A DNA stretch of 64,000 nt from Dehalococcoidia bacterium (GTDB lineage Bacteria; Chloroflexota; Dehalococcoidia; Bin125). The notes beneath the pieces were generated by a model. The model did no database searches and was not told the DNA's origin. It saw nothing but the letters and a program-made list of their open reading frames with translations. Made by a program: the position numbers and the translations under genes. Position 1 is the first letter of the stretch. Each line of letters opens with the position of its first letter. Shown piece by piece: positions 63,605-64,000 of this stretch. Location: the NCBI GenBank assembly GCA_965261225.1, contig OZ253456.1, forward strand, positions 1,190,099 to 1,254,098. The letters are read 5' to 3'.

Positions 63605-64000
63605 CTACCGAGCGGCCATGGCCGCTCGGCGCAGCAGGTTGAGGAAGGCGGTGCGGCCGTCGGGCCGCGTGGCCAGTTCAGCCACATCGCCGACGCCCTC
63701 AGGCAAGGTCACGACCGCGCTTCGGTGGTGGCCGAGCAGGTCGCGAAGTTGACCGGCGGCGTCGCGTCCGGCGTCGTCCGCGTCGAACGCGAGGAAGACG
63801 CGGGGCTGTCCCTCCAGGGCGGAAGCGACCTTGTCCATTCCCTGCGTGCCCAAGGCGGCACAGGCGGGCAGGCCCCAGGAGGCCAGCGCGAGCCAGTCGA
63901 ACAGTCCCTCGGCGACGACGATCCACGGAGTCGGCGAAGGAACCGCCGCCAGACCGAGCACAGGCTTGCGCCCGGGCAGCGCCTGGAATCGCGGCTTAGC
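63605..64000 (-). CDS. Toprim-domain protein (primase-like), partial; 5' end beyond the window
   Basis: The Toprim acidic motif is PRVFLAFDADDAGRDAAGQL. The ORF is open to the window edge. Confidence 0.5.
   Translation of the reverse strand, partial: AKPRFQALPGRKPVLGLAAVPSPTPWIVVAEGLFDWLALASWGLPACAALGTQGMDKVASALEGQPRVFLAFDADDAGRDAAGQLRDLLGHHRSAVVTLPEGVGDVAELATRPDGRTAFLNLLRRAAMAAR

Overview
This is a high-GC (about 65-70%) bacterial chromosomal segment, coded mostly on the minus strand, and it reads as a mosaic accessory region. All family and domain calls below were made by eye from the translations; no database search was possible.

Working from start to end:

1. 1-7210: a partial gene for a fibronectin type III-rich surface protein, a Crp/Fnr-family regulator, a roughly 400-bp intergenic element of nested GC-rich inverted repeats, and a large surface-protein gene (3734-7210) that is split across at least four frames.

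2. 7479-10100: a tandem triplication of a polytopic membrane-protein gene. The third copy is truncated and carries a TGG-to-TGA nonsense change.

3. 10623-17612: a giant gene of about 7 kb encoding cadherin-like and Ig-like repeats, a poly-Gly linker, a 5-bladed beta-propeller and C-terminal repeats. It is interrupted by an in-frame TGA and two frame changes.

4. 17770-18891: a degenerate IS5-family element. Its right inverted repeat supplies the stop codon of a Sat-like/CysC fusion gene whose sulfurylase-like motifs are degenerate.

5. 18881-29035: a cluster around a putative sulfotransferase: the Sat-like/CysC fusion, a short-chain dehydrogenase, the PAPS-type sulfotransferase, a hypothetical protein, a GMC oxidoreductase, a DUF4387/AtuA-like pair and a HAD hydrolase.

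6. 29305-38035: a defence and mobility island. It holds a large serine recombinase, a PIN-like ORF, two tandem higB-higA modules (the first higB is frameshifted), a membrane pentapeptide-repeat protein translationally coupled to an MmeI-like Type IIL restriction-modification enzyme, and a degenerate IS630 element.

7. 38140-53500: two more giant adhesin-like genes, divergently oriented. Their conserved 5' regions form imperfect inverted repeats of about 570 bp around a tyrosine recombinase gene. A near-perfect 27-bp inverted-repeat core sits exactly 154 bp upstream of each start codon. I consider this candidate DNA-inversion (phase or antigenic variation) locus the most interesting thing in the window.

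8. 53675-64000: a phage-like or integrative-element replication and recombination module: an XRE regulator, an SNF2 helicase, zinc-ribbon small proteins, a DNA methyltransferase, RadC, two SSB paralogs, a PD-(D/E)XK exonuclease, a Rad52-like annealing protein and a Toprim protein that runs off the window.

I did not recognise any rRNA, tRNA or CRISPR array.
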